Source of the DNA: an uncultured Staphylococcaceae bacterium
GTDB taxonomy: Bacteria > Bacillota_I > Bacilli_A > RFN20 > CAG-826
DNA length: 64,000 nucleotides
NCBI GenBank assembly: GCA_964392865.1
Contig: CAYMRJ010000002.1
Location: 1,574-65,573, forward strand
Direction of reading: 5' to 3'
The position numbers and the translations under genes were made by a program. The notes beneath the pieces are model-generated. The model did not search any database and was not told the DNA's origin. It worked only from the letters and a program-made list of their open reading frames with translations. This document shows positions 24,815 to 34,432 of the stretch, in pieces. How positions within the stretch are numbered: the first letter of the stretch is position 1; every line of letters starts with the position of its first letter.

Positions 24815-27696
24815 TGGGCAAAAAACGCGAATACACGAAGCTGGATATCAAGCACGCCCTCGGGGCGGTTTTGGCCTTATTCAGCCTCGTCGTTTTGCTT
24901 TCTCCCACCAGCAATTTCCTCTATGGCCTCGGGATCGGTGTCTTCTATCTCTTCGGCTTTACCGGATATTGGCTTTTGATCCCGGCTTTATTCATCGTCG
25001 GGGTCTGCTATTTCCTCATGGGTTCCCTCCCGGGCGGGAAGAATTCCGGAAGGGTCGTTTTGGCCTACGTCCTTTGCTATATCGGGATTTCCCTGATCGT
25101 TGGCCGTTATTGCCTTGCCGAAGCCCCGAGCCTAGGGGGCCTTGCCCTTTATAACGGGGGAGACGAAACCTTCGGGATGGGCTATGTAAGCGCCAATAGC
25201 CTTTACGCCTCCATGCCCTTGATGCCCGAATTCGGGGGCGGGATCCTCATCTATCTTTTGCTCGTCCTTTTGGAAAACGGGACTTCCGTGATGGCCGGGC
25301 TCCTCGGCGGGCTCTTGATTCTCGGCGGCATCGTGGCCGCCCTTTGGGCTCCCATCACCAAGGGCATTGCCTCGATGCGGAGCAAAGGGGCTATCAAGAA
25401 GGCGAGGCGCCAGGAAGAAAAGGCCCGGCGCGATGCCTATGACGACGCAGTGAGGGAGCAGCGCGAATACCAGGAACTGATGAAGAAGTACCTCGGGGAA
25501 GATAGCCCGACGCCTTCTTTCGCGACTCCCGTCTACGAAGAACCGGCGCCCGCTCCGATCGCTGCTCCGGTTTCGACTCTTTCGCGGGTCGCCGAAAATA
25601 GAAACCGCATCGATAACCCCGCAATTCCCCGGGAAACGAGAAGGGAAGAGCCGCAGAAGATCCTCAATCTTTCGGCCGCGGAACTCCGCAATACTTCCCT
25701 CACTGAAGCGAAATTGAAACTAGGGAATACCCAAAGCGAGACTGCTTCCCTTTACATCGAACCGGCTCCGCAGCCGGCGCCGAAACCGGCTTACGTATCG
25801 CCCGTCATCGAACCGGCCGCTTTGAAACCGGAACCGGTTCCTCAGCCCGCGCCCCAACCCGCCCCGCAGCCAATCCCTGAACCGATCATCGCGCAGCCTG
25901 CGCCTCAGCCCATTCCTGAACCGGAGCCTGTGCCAGAAAAGCCCGAGGATTTCTATTTCGGCGGTGAAGACGAAGTTCCGGAAACGATTGAAGAGCCCGT
26001 GACCCCGCGTGTGGCCGAAGGCACCTTCCTCATGCCCGAACCGGAACCGATCCCCGAACCCGTTCCGGAACCGATTATCCAGACTGCTCCGGCTCCGCAG
26101 CCTGCTCCTCAGCCCATGGCCCAGCCGATTCCGCAACCCGCTATTCAGCCCGCTCCCCAACCTGACCCCATGCCGCAGCCGGCCCCGGTCCAGAAGCCCT
26201 TGGAACCCTATGTGAAGCCCACGAGCAATCTTCTCAAGGAATACGGGGTTTCCCAGAATGCGGCGAGGAACGAAGAAGAAGCCAAGGTCCGCTGCGAAAC
26301 CATCAACAAGACCTTCGAGGACCTCGGCATCCCGGCCCAGGCCATCGGCTATACCATCGGGCCTTCCGTTACCCGCTTCGACATCCAGACGGCCGCCAAT
26401 TACCGCGTCTCCGGCCTTAGCAACGTCATCCAGGACATCTGCGTCCGTCTCGATGGCGTCACGGCCCGCTTCGAGCAGGTCGTCCGTGGGAAGTCGACTT
26501 CGGGTCTCGAGGTCCCTAACTCCGTGACCGCCACCGTTCCCTTCAAGGAAATGTTCGAGGCCTTGCCTTCCAATGAGGACGGGAAGAAGAACCTCTACAT
26601 CCCCTTCGGGAAATCGATCACCGGCGAATGCATGTCGAGCGATCTAAGCGAATTCCCGCATATGCTCGTGGCCGGCACGACCGGCTCCGGCAAATCCATT
26701 TTCGTTCACGGGGTCCTCATGAGCCTCATCATGAGGAACGACCCGGACGATCTGAAACTCGTTTTGGTCGACCCCAAGCGTGTCGAAATGACGAAGTACA
26801 AGAACCTTCCGCATTTGCTATGCCCCATCGTCAAGGAGCCGAGCGAAGCCAAGGTCTGCCTGGATAAGCTGGCCATCGAGATGGAAAGGCGCTACCGTCT
26901 CTTCGAAGAAGCCGGCGTGAGCAACATCCGCCAGTATAACGGCGACTACGTCCCTTACGAACCCGGCACGAAGAAGCTCCCCTTCATCGTCGTGGTCGTC
27001 GATGAATTCGCCGATCTCAAACTGACCTGCAAGGATATCGACGAAGTCATCATCAGGCTTACCAGCAAAGCCCGTGCCGCCGGGATCCACCTCATCATCG
27101 CCACCCAGCGCCCGAGCGCCGATATCGTGACCGGCCCCATCAAGGCCAACCTGGGCGTCAAGGTCGCCCTCATGGTTTCCAATAGCCTCAACTCCCGCGT
27201 CATCCTTGACCAAGACGGGGCCGAAACTCTCCTTGGCAAAGGCGATATGCTGGTCGATTGCCCGATGATGGTCAGAGGCGGCCTGGCTCGTCTCCAGGGC
27301 TGCTTCGTGGACAACCACGAGATCGCCGAGGTCTGCGACTACATCCGCTCCCAGAGGGAACCGGATTACAATCCGGACTTCCTCGATCTGGTCGATCACG
27401 AAGCCGAGGCCAAGGAAGCCGAAAGGGAAGCGGCCAAGGTCGATACCAAGGCTTTGAAGGCCGCAAGCGACGAAGAGCTCTACCAAGAGGTCAAGCGGAA
27501 CGTCATGGGCCGCGATTACGCCTCGGTTTCCTATATCCAGACGATGTTCGCCGTCGGGCATCCGAAGGCGAGCCGCCTGTTCGCCCGCCTCCAAGACGAA
27601 GGCGTCGTGAGCAGGGAAGGCTCTTCGAGCACCAACAACAAGGGCTGCCGCGTCCTTCTTCACATGCAGGATATGACCGGCATGCACGAGGAATAA
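24814..27696 (+). CDS. ftsK: DNA translocase FtsK/SpoIIIE
   Basis: N-terminal TM segments. Long Pro-rich linker. Motor domain with GTTGSGKS and VVVDEFADL. C-terminal gamma wHTH. Confidence 0.95.
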   Translation: MGKKREYTKLDIKHALGAVLALFSLVVLLSPTSNFLYGLGIGVFYLFGFTGYWLLIPALFIVGVCYFLMGSLPGGKNSGRVVLAYVLCYIGISLIVGRYCLAEAPSLGGLALYNGGDETFGMGYVSANSLYASMPLMPEFGGGILIYLLLVLLENGTSVMAGLLGGLLILGGIVAALWAPITKGIASMRSKGAIKKARRQEEKARRDAYDDAVREQREYQELMKKYLGEDSPTPSFATPVYEEPAPAPIAAPVSTLSRVAENRNRIDNPAIPRETRREEPQKILNLSAAELRNTSLTEAKLKLGNTQSETASLYIEPAPQPAPKPAYVSPVIEPAALKPEPVPQPAPQPAPQPIPEPIIAQPAPQPIPEPEPVPEKPEDFYFGGEDEVPETIEEPVTPRVAEGTFLMPEPEPIPEPVPEPIIQTAPAPQPAPQPMAQPIPQPAIQPAPQPDPMPQPAPVQKPLEPYVKPTSNLLKEYGVSQNAARNEEEAKVRCETINKTFEDLGIPAQAIGYTIGPSVTRFDIQTAANYRVSGLSNVIQDICVRLDGVTARFEQVVRGKSTSGLEVPNSVTATVPFKEMFEALPSNEDGKKNLYIPFGKSITGECMSSDLSEFPHMLVAGTTGSGKSIFVHGVLMSLIMRNDPDDLKLVLVDPKRVEMTKYKNLPHLLCPIVKEPSEAKVCLDKLAIEMERRYRLFEEAGVSNIRQYNGDYVPYEPGTKKLPFIVVVVDEFADLKLTCKDIDEVIIRLTSKARAAGIHLIIATQRPSADIVTGPIKANLGVKVALMVSNSLNSRVILDQDGAETLLGKGDMLVDCPMMVRGGLARLQGCFVDNHEIAEVCDYIRSQREPDYNPDFLDLVDHEAEAKEAEREAAKVDTKALKAASDEELYQEVKRNVMGRDYASVSYIQTMFAVGHPKASRLFARLQDEGVVSREGSSSTNNKGCRVLLHMQDMTGMHEE
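25763..26195 (+). repeat. Low-complexity coding repeat (PQPAPQPAP / PEPIPEPVPEP) in the FtsK linker
   Basis: Reiterated CCGCAGCC / GAACCGGAACC units. The same peptide style recurs at 54775-55190. Confidence 0.7.
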
Positions 27697-27700
27697 CCTT

Positions 27701-28024
27701 ATGCGCCCCGGCATCGATATCGTCTATATCCCGAGGGTTCCCAAGACGGAAACCTTCGCCAAAGGAATCCTTACCGATAAGGAGTACGATGAATATCTAA
27801 GCCGGAAGGATAAGCAAGTTTATCTCGCGGGCCGCTATGCCCTGAAGGAAGCCTACATGAAGGCGACCGGTAAAGGCCTAGGGGCCGCGAAGTTCAAGGA
27901 CATCGAAGTCCTCACGGAAATAGAGGGGGCGCCATACCTCATGGTCAAAGGAAAGCGCATCGAATGCAGCCTCAGCCATGACGGGGATTACTGCGCCGCC
28001 ATCGTCATATTGGAAAACCTATGA
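27701..28024 (+). CDS. acpS: Holo-[acyl-carrier-protein] synthase
   Basis: GIDIVYIPR...LAGRYALKEAYMKA...SLSHDGDYCAAIVILE pattern. 107 aa. Confidence 0.85.
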   Translation: MRPGIDIVYIPRVPKTETFAKGILTDKEYDEYLSRKDKQVYLAGRYALKEAYMKATGKGLGAAKFKDIEVLTEIEGAPYLMVKGKRIECSLSHDGDYCAAIVILENL

Positions 28025-30123
28025 AAGACACTCTCATCAGCGCCAAATTGATAGACTGGCAGAAGATCAGGCTCACCCTTTTCTACGACACCCCGATCTA
28101 CGAAGTGAGGGCCATCTTGGGCAATGAGGACGACGGGACGAGATTGCCTCTCTCCCAAAGCAAGGCCTCCTCGACCACGAGCCTTTCGGTCTATGACTAC
28201 AAGCTCCCGGCACCCTTGGAACTCGGACACTCCTACTTCGTCGAGGTCGTGGGCTTCGGGCGCTACCCCCTTGACGTCAACGACTGCGCTTCCTTCGAAG
28301 GCTTCGACGAGAAATATAGATACGATGGGCCTTTGGGAGCCATCTATGCCAAAGAAGAGACGAGATTCGTCCTTTTCGCTCCCTTGGCTTCGAGGGTCAC
28401 CCTTCTTTATTCCTTGCCCAAGGCCAAGGAATGGCATCTCGTTCCGATGAAGCGCCTCCACGGAGGCATCTACGAGATAAGAGTCAAAGGCGACCTCAAA
28501 AACGCCAGATACTTCTACTCGGTCCGCAACTCGGGAGTCGAGAACCGCTGCATCGATCCCTATGCCCTTTCCAGCGGCCCCAATGGCAGCTATTCCTACG
28601 TCGTCGATATTGAAGGCCTGAGGACCAAGAAAGACAGGGCCGCCCTCCCGGCCATCCAATCCCCGACCGAGGCCATCATCTACGAACTCTCGGTCCGCGA
28701 CATGACGGCCCATCCGGGCACCGACATAAAGCACAAAGGCCTTTTCCTCGGCCTCGCCGAAAAAGGAAAGAAAACGGCGGGAGGTCTTCCGGCCGGCCTC
28801 GATTACCTGAAGTCCTTGGGGATCACCCACGCCCAGATCCTTCCCATGTACGACTTCGCCAGCGTCGACGAAAAGAAGAAGGGCGAAGGCTACAACTGGG
28901 GCTACGATCCGGCCCAGTACTTCGTTCCGGAAGGGAGCTACTGCACCGATCCGGACGATCCCGAGAAGCGCCTGCTCGAATGCGAGAAGATGATCGACGC
29001 CGTCCACGAAGAAGGGATCAGGGTCGTGATGGACGTGGTCTACAATCACGTTTACTCCTTCGAGGCCAGCAATTTCGAAAAGCTCGTCCCCGGGTATTAC
29101 TTCCGCCACACGAGAAGCGGGCGGATGGCTTCGACTTCCGGCTGCGGGAACGATCTCGCGAGCGAACGCCCGATGGTCCGCCGCCTCATCATCGATAGCG
29201 CCCTCCATTGGGTCGATTTCTACGACGTCGACGGCTTCCGCTTCGACCTGATGGGCATCATCGATGTCGAGACCCTGAAGCAAATCGAAACCGAAGTGAG
29301 GAAAAGGAAGAAAAACTTTCTCCTCTATGGGGAAGGATGGAATATGGGGGGCGAGGTCGATTTCCCTCTCGGTCAGATGGGGAATTGCCGGCTTCTCCCG
29401 ACCTATGCCTTCTTCAACGACCGCTATAGGGAAGCCATCAAGGGGCTTCTCTTCGGAGACGAATCGAAGAAGCCTCTTGCCATGCATTGCCTGGCCGGTA
29501 GCAGCAACGAGTTCAACGCCCCGCCCCTCTTCATGAACGCGGCCCAGAGCCTCAACTACGTCGAATGCCACGACAACGGCACTTTCTATGATTACGTGAA
29601 GCGTTTGCGGCCTTATTTGAAGGAAGAAGAGGTCCTTTCCCTCGTGAAATTGGCCGTGGCCTTCGTCCTTTTCTCCTTCGGGATCCCCTTCATCCACGCC
29701 GGGCAGGAGATCGGCGGGACCAAGAAGGGAATCGAAAATTCCTACAACTCGCCCGTGGAGATCAATTGGTTCGACTATTCCTTGCTGGAGGCAAGGAAAG
29801 ACCTTTATGAATTCGCCAAGCAGGCCATCGCCATCAGGCGGAAGAAGAGATTCTTCCATCTCTATGACCCGAGCCTCATCTATAATCTAATCGACGTCAC
29901 CGATCGCGGAGGCGCCATCTTCCTAAGGGACAACGACTCTAATGCCGTGGCTCCCGATAGGAGGCTCGAACTCTATTTGAACGTCGAACCCATCGACGTC
30001 GAAATAGAAGTCGGGGAAGGCGCCCTCATCCTGCTAGACGCCCATGGCGGGGCCGGCGAAGGCCTCCCGGCGGGAAAGGCCAAGGTCCCGGCCTTCTCTC
30101 CGCTCTTACTAGCCTACAAGTAA
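28021..30123 (+). CDS. Type I pullulanase / debranching enzyme (GH13), cytoplasmic (no signal peptide)
   Basis: YNWGYDP, VVYNH, GFRFDLMG, YGEGW and YVECHDN conserved regions. Confidence 0.9.
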   Translation: MKDTLISAKLIDWQKIRLTLFYDTPIYEVRAILGNEDDGTRLPLSQSKASSTTSLSVYDYKLPAPLELGHSYFVEVVGFGRYPLDVNDCASFEGFDEKYRYDGPLGAIYAKEETRFVLFAPLASRVTLLYSLPKAKEWHLVPMKRLHGGIYEIRVKGDLKNARYFYSVRNSGVENRCIDPYALSSGPNGSYSYVVDIEGLRTKKDRAALPAIQSPTEAIIYELSVRDMTAHPGTDIKHKGLFLGLAEKGKKTAGGLPAGLDYLKSLGITHAQILPMYDFASVDEKKKGEGYNWGYDPAQYFVPEGSYCTDPDDPEKRLLECEKMIDAVHEEGIRVVMDVVYNHVYSFEASNFEKLVPGYYFRHTRSGRMASTSGCGNDLASERPMVRRLIIDSALHWVDFYDVDGFRFDLMGIIDVETLKQIETEVRKRKKNFLLYGEGWNMGGEVDFPLGQMGNCRLLPTYAFFNDRYREAIKGLLFGDESKKPLAMHCLAGSSNEFNAPPLFMNAAQSLNYVECHDNGTFYDYVKRLRPYLKEEEVLSLVKLAVAFVLFSFGIPFIHAGQEIGGTKKGIENSYNSPVEINWFDYSLLEARKDLYEFAKQAIAIRRKKRFFHLYDPSLIYNLIDVTDRGGAIFLRDNDSNAVAPDRRLELYLNVEPIDVEIEVGEGALILLDAHGGAGEGLPAGKAKVPAFSPLLLAYK

Positions 30124-30171
30124 GGGACCTTAGACGCCCATCCCATAGACTCTCATAAAGGAGGAAACGAA

Positions 30172-30450
30172 ATGATCAGTTCCGTTTTCCTTTCGGGACG
30201 CCTTGGGAAGGTGATCGCCGAAAGGATCCGCTACGTCGAAGTAGACCGCGTCATACCTGGCCCGAGCGGCCATTACGAAACCGACCAATTCCCTGTTAGG
30301 ACGATGCTAAGCAAAGACGGCGTCTTCATGAAGGCCAAGGAAGGGACCTACGTCACCCTGAAAGGAAGGCTCGAAATGGATCCGGCCCATGGCCTTCTCA
30401 TCGTGAATGAACTAGACGAAATCTTGCTCCACCCCAAGATGGCGGGGTAG
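30172..30450 (+). CDS. Hypothetical small protein, possible SSB-like OB fold
   Basis: VFLSGRLGK...ETDQFPVRT...GTYVTLKGRLE follows the spacing of SSB beta strands. No acidic tail. SD GGAGGA lies upstream. Confidence 0.3.
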   Translation: MISSVFLSGRLGKVIAERIRYVEVDRVIPGPSGHYETDQFPVRTMLSKDGVFMKAKEGTYVTLKGRLEMDPAHGLLIVNELDEILLHPKMAG

Positions 30451-30499
30451 AGGAGCGGCCCATTTGCCGTTGGGCTTTAGGAGGCTATAGAATAGCCTC

Positions 30500-31291
30500 A
30501 TGCTCAAGTACCTCCGCTATATCTGCCTCATCGGCCCGCGCCTCCTCTGGGACTGGGTCTTTTATCTAAACCGCTACGGGCGCCATCCCGAGAAGTATCC
30601 GCTCGAGAAGCGCTACAAAAGGGTTAGAGGTCTGATCCGCTATGTCCTGCAGAGGATGCGGCTCGATATCACGGCGGAAGGCTACGAAAAGTACATCAAT
30701 AACAAAAAGGCCCGCCTCTTGGTCGGAAACCACCTAAGCGATCTCGATCCGCTTCTTTTGATCGCCCTTAGCCCAGATCCCATCTCTTTCGTTGCGAAGA
30801 AGGAAACCTACAATTTCCCGGTCATCGGGCTGGCCCTTAGGGCGATAGATGGCATCTTCATGGACCGCGACGACATGGTCCAAAGCGCCCGGTGCCTGAA
30901 GCAATGCGGGGAGCGCCTCAAGAAAGGCGACATTTCCTATTTCATCTTCCCGGAAGGGACGAGGAACAAGGATCCCAAAGGCCCCTTGCTCGAATTCAAG
31001 GCCGGAGCCTACAAGGCCGCCGTCTGGGGCGGGGTCGAGATCCAGGAAGTCGCCCTCTACGGGACCTTCCGCATCTTGCATAAGAAGCCCAATGACAAGC
31101 GCCAGCCCATTTTCATCTCGTACATGAAGACCTATGAGCCGGCCGACAATACGGTCGAATTCGCCGCTGCCAGTGCCGAGCGCATCGGGGAAGAGGTCTA
31201 TGCCCTCATGAAGAAGGACGAGAAGTACTACGAAGAGGGCAATCAAAACAAAAGCCTCAGGGGTCTCCCGAGGCCTTATATCCACGGCTAG
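30500..31291 (+). CDS. plsC: 1-acyl-sn-glycerol-3-phosphate acyltransferase
   Basis: NHLSDLDP (HX4D) and FPEGTR motifs. Confidence 0.85.
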   Translation: MLKYLRYICLIGPRLLWDWVFYLNRYGRHPEKYPLEKRYKRVRGLIRYVLQRMRLDITAEGYEKYINNKKARLLVGNHLSDLDPLLLIALSPDPISFVAKKETYNFPVIGLALRAIDGIFMDRDDMVQSARCLKQCGERLKKGDISYFIFPEGTRNKDPKGPLLEFKAGAYKAAVWGGVEIQEVALYGTFRILHKKPNDKRQPIFISYMKTYEPADNTVEFAAASAERIGEEVYALMKKDEKYYEEGNQNKSLRGLPRPYIHG

Positions 31292-32599
31292 TTAGAAGAG
31301 CTCGATGTTTTTCCTTAGCCCTTTGGGGTAATGGTTTTTGGCGATGCCGCCGACGCATTTGACGAAGCCGAGGTTCATGCGGTCGAAGCTTACGATGTAG
31401 TAGCCATCGGCCAAGTCGAGTTCGAAGGTCTCGCCCCGGATGTATTTCTTCATGTCTTCCTCGGAAATGGCGATGGAATAGCTATCGTCCAGGAAGTGGC
31501 AGAGATGGTGGTCGGGGATGTAGATGCGGTTGGTACGCACCTCGAAGAGCTTCACTCCGTAGCGGAGGATATTCAGGTGGCTCGTATCGAAGTGCTGGTA
31601 GATGGAGTAGAACTTCTCCCGCATCTTCTCGTTGCTTCTCTCTTCTAGGCCATACTGGCTTATGACGTCTTTGTATTCGTCGCTACTCACGATTTCCTTC
31701 TTGGATTTGATGAGTTCCCCGGGCTTCTTGAAAAGGCAGATGAATTGCCCCTCCCCGTAGGGGAAGCGGTGGGGATAGAGGGTCACGGCCTCCGGAAGCT
31801 CCTCGCTTCTATAGAAAGAAGGATCATCCGGCAGGTCGATGATTTCGATTTCGGGATGGAGGCTTTTGAAGGCCAAGATGGTGCCTTCGTTTTCTTCGTA
31901 AGAGAAGGAGCAGGTCGAATAGGCGATGGTTCCGCCTTTCTTGAGCATCGAGTAGGCGAGCCCGAGGATTTCGAGTTGCTTCCTGTGGTTGCTTTTGACT
32001 TTTTCGGGCTTCCAGTCGGCCTTGGCCTTTTCGTCCTTCCGGAACATGGCCGAGCCAGAGCAAGGGGCGTCGACGATGATCTTGTCGAAGGTTTCCTGGA
32101 AATGGGTGAAGGAGAAGACGAAGTCATTGGAAGCGCAGACGATGTTTCCGCGGCCCATCCTTTCGACGTTCTGGCTCATGGCCTTGGCTCTCGGGTAGGA
32201 GATGTCGTTGGCGATGACGCAGCCCTTGTTCTGCATGTAGAGGCTGGCTCCGATGGCCTTTCCGCCCGGGGCCGCGCAGATATCCAAGAGGACATCGTCC
32301 GTTTCGGGCCTCAGGAAATAGTTGACCGACATCATGGCCGCCCCGTCTTCGATCGAGATGGCCCCGTTTTCGTAGTAGATCGATTTCCCGAAGGGATATT
32401 GGTCTTTGTCGTAGAGATAGGCGTGCTCGACGAAAGGATGTTTCTTTATATCGGGATAGCGCCTCATGAACTCCTCATCGGAGATCTTTTCCGTATTGAG
32501 GAGAAGGGCGTGGGTCGGCTTTCCCTCAATCGCTTCCAAAAGGGCTTTTCTATCGACTTCGGGCAGCGATTTGGGGAGTGTTTCGGGGAATTGCTCCAT
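31292..32599 (-). CDS. RsmB/RsmF-family rRNA m5C methyltransferase
   Basis: DICAAPGGKA SAM motif. DAPCSGSAMFRK and YSTCSF catalytic Cys motifs. Confidence 0.8.
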   Translation of the reverse strand: MEQFPETLPKSLPEVDRKALLEAIEGKPTHALLLNTEKISDEEFMRRYPDIKKHPFVEHAYLYDKDQYPFGKSIYYENGAISIEDGAAMMSVNYFLRPETDDVLLDICAAPGGKAIGASLYMQNKGCVIANDISYPRAKAMSQNVERMGRGNIVCASNDFVFSFTHFQETFDKIIVDAPCSGSAMFRKDEKAKADWKPEKVKSNHRKQLEILGLAYSMLKKGGTIAYSTCSFSYEENEGTILAFKSLHPEIEIIDLPDDPSFYRSEELPEAVTLYPHRFPYGEGQFICLFKKPGELIKSKKEIVSSDEYKDVISQYGLEERSNEKMREKFYSIYQHFDTSHLNILRYGVKLFEVRTNRIYIPDHHLCHFLDDSYSIAISEEDMKKYIRGETFELDLADGYYIVSFDRMNLGFVKCVGGIAKNHYPKGLRKNIELF

Positions 32600-32684
32600 G
32601 CGCCCCTAATTATAGCGGGCTTCGCCCGGGCAAGGAAAGCCATAGGCTATGGCGCAACCGAAACCCAGAGCCCATAATATCCCC

Positions 32685-33986
32685 ATGCGGATGGTGGACA
32701 TAATCGAGCGCAAGCGCGACGGCTACGCTTTGAGCGAAGAAGAAATCGCTTTTTTCATCAATGGAGTGACCGACGGGAGCATCCCCGATTACCAGATCTC
32801 GGCCTTCCTTATGGCCGTCCTCTTCCGGGGAATGGACGAAAAGGAAACAGCCGTCCTTACCGATTGCATGATGCATAGCGGGGAGACGATCGATCTAAGC
32901 GCCATCGAAGGCATCAAGGTCGACAAGCACTCGACCGGGGGAGTAGGGGATAAGACATCCCTGGTCCTCGGACCCCTTGTCGCTGCCTGCGGCGGGAAGC
33001 TTGCCAAGATGAGCGGCCGGGGCCTCGGCCATACCGGCGGCACCCTCGACAAGATGGAATCCATTCCCGGCTGCCATGTCGACCTAAGCGATCAGGAATT
33101 CATCGACCAAGTAAACAAAATAGGGATCGCCATCATCGGCCAGACGGCCGAGATCGATCCGGCCGATAAGAAGCTATATGCGTTGCGCGACGTCACAGCG
33201 ACCGTCGAGCCGATCCCCCTCATCGCCTCCAGCATCATGAGCAAGAAGCTGGCTTCCGGAAGCGACGCCATCCTTTTGGATGTCAAATACGGTTCCGGGG
33301 CTTTCATGAAGAATGTCACCGAGGCCAGGAAATTGGCCGGCGCCATGTGCGCCATCGGGCGCCATCTCGGCCGCGATACCAGAGCCATCATTTCCTCGAT
33401 GGAAGAGCCTTTGGGCTTTGCCGTCGGCAACATCCTCGAGGTCAAGGAAGCCGTCGAAACCCTCAAAGGCAAAGGGCCGGCCGATTTGGTCGAACTGGTC
33501 GTAAGCGCCGGAGCCATCATGCTGGTCCAAGCCGAAGTCGCCAAGAATAGGGAAGAAGGGGAAGCCCTCATCAAAAAAGCTATCGAAGACGGGTCCGGCT
33601 TCGCCAAATTAAAGGAATTCATTGCCGCCCAAGGAGGCGATGTCAGCTATCTGGACGATTTGGATAAATTCCCAGTAGCTTCCAAGATCGCCGAAATCAG
33701 GGCCGCCAAAGCCGGCTACATCACCCGCATCGATTGCCTCGGGATCGGGGTGACGGCCATGACGCTCGGGGCCGGGCGCGCCAAACTCGGCGACGCCATC
33801 GACTTCACCGCCGGCATCGTCCTCAATAAGAAAGTCGGGGATAAGGTCGAAGAAGGCGATATTTTGGCCTATGCCCATACGAACAAAGAAGACGTCGATG
33901 AGGTCTATAGGGAAATCGCCGGCTGCTTCGTTATCGCCAAGAAGCACCGCCAGCCCCCGATCCTCATCCGCGAAGTCATCGCCTGA
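32685..33986 (+). CDS. pdp: Pyrimidine-nucleoside (thymidine) phosphorylase
   Basis: MRMVDIIERKRDG, KHSTGGVGDK and GRGLGHTGGTLDK motifs. Confidence 0.9.
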   Translation: MRMVDIIERKRDGYALSEEEIAFFINGVTDGSIPDYQISAFLMAVLFRGMDEKETAVLTDCMMHSGETIDLSAIEGIKVDKHSTGGVGDKTSLVLGPLVAACGGKLAKMSGRGLGHTGGTLDKMESIPGCHVDLSDQEFIDQVNKIGIAIIGQTAEIDPADKKLYALRDVTATVEPIPLIASSIMSKKLASGSDAILLDVKYGSGAFMKNVTEARKLAGAMCAIGRHLGRDTRAIISSMEEPLGFAVGNILEVKEAVETLKGKGPADLVELVVSAGAIMLVQAEVAKNREEGEALIKKAIEDGSGFAKLKEFIAAQGGDVSYLDDLDKFPVASKIAEIRAAKAGYITRIDCLGIGVTAMTLGAGRAKLGDAIDFTAGIVLNKKVGDKVEEGDILAYAHTNKEDVDEVYREIAGCFVIAKKHRQPPILIREVIA

Positions 33987-34432
33987 TGAAGGTAGTTCTC
34001 CAAAGGGTCCTCGGGGCCCGGGTCGAAATAGAAAAGAAGCCCTTTTCCGAAATCGGGAAGGGCTATTTGCTTTTGGTCGGGCTCCTCGAAGACGACCAGG
34101 ATAGCGACCTCGAAAAGGTTGCCAAAAAGATAGCCAATCTTAGGATTTTCGAAGACGAAAACGGAAAGACGAACCTATCGCTTGCCCAAGTGGGAGGAAG
34201 CATCCTTTCGGTCAGCCAGTTTACCTTGGCCGCCGACATCAAAGGTGGGAACCGCCCGGGCTTCAGCAAGGCCATGGAACCGACCAAAGCAAAGCAGGAA
34301 TACCTCCGATTCAACGAGATGCTGCGGGGATACGGATACGAAGTGAAAGAAGGCCAATTCGGCGCCGATATGCGGGTCTTTTTGACCAACGACGGCCCTT
34401 TTACGCTGATTTTGGATAGCCGCGAACTATGA
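33986..34432 (+). CDS. dtd: D-aminoacyl-tRNA deacylase
   Basis: MKVVLQRV...SQFTLAAD...GNRPGF pattern. 148 aa. Confidence 0.95.
   Translation: MKVVLQRVLGARVEIEKKPFSEIGKGYLLLVGLLEDDQDSDLEKVAKKIANLRIFEDENGKTNLSLAQVGGSILSVSQFTLAADIKGGNRPGFSKAMEPTKAKQEYLRFNEMLRGYGYEVKEGQFGADMRVFLTNDGPFTLILDSREL

Noticed and set aside
25763-26195. Repetitive DNA that could be mistaken for a CRISPR array or satellite (also 54775-55190).
   Set aside because: The repeats are short (6-12 nt), degenerate, in-frame and encode Pro-rich linkers inside long ORFs. There are no unique spacers of constant length and no cas genes.
27988-29859. 623-aa ORF on the minus strand, fully antisense to the pullulanase gene.
   Set aside because: The sense strand has unambiguous GH13 motifs. 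The antisense translation is Gly/Asp/Glu/Val/Ala/Arg-rich low-information sequence with no recognisable motif, SD or promoter. Long antisense frames are expected when a GC3-biased gene avoids TTA/CTA/TCA codons.
30479-30502. Hairpin GAGGCTA-TAGAA-TAGCCTC overlapping the plsC SD and abutting its start codon, as a possible translational switch.
   Set aside because: The 7-bp stem is short and AT-containing. There is no evidence of an alternative structure or ligand-binding element, so it could be fortuitous.
32673-32690. Leaderless pdp mRNA (CATAAT at 32673-32678, 6 nt before the ATG at 32685).
   Set aside because: It rests on a single weak -10-like hexamer with no -35. An alternative ATG at 32691 exists, and read-through from upstream cannot be excluded. 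The evidence is too thin to report as a feature.
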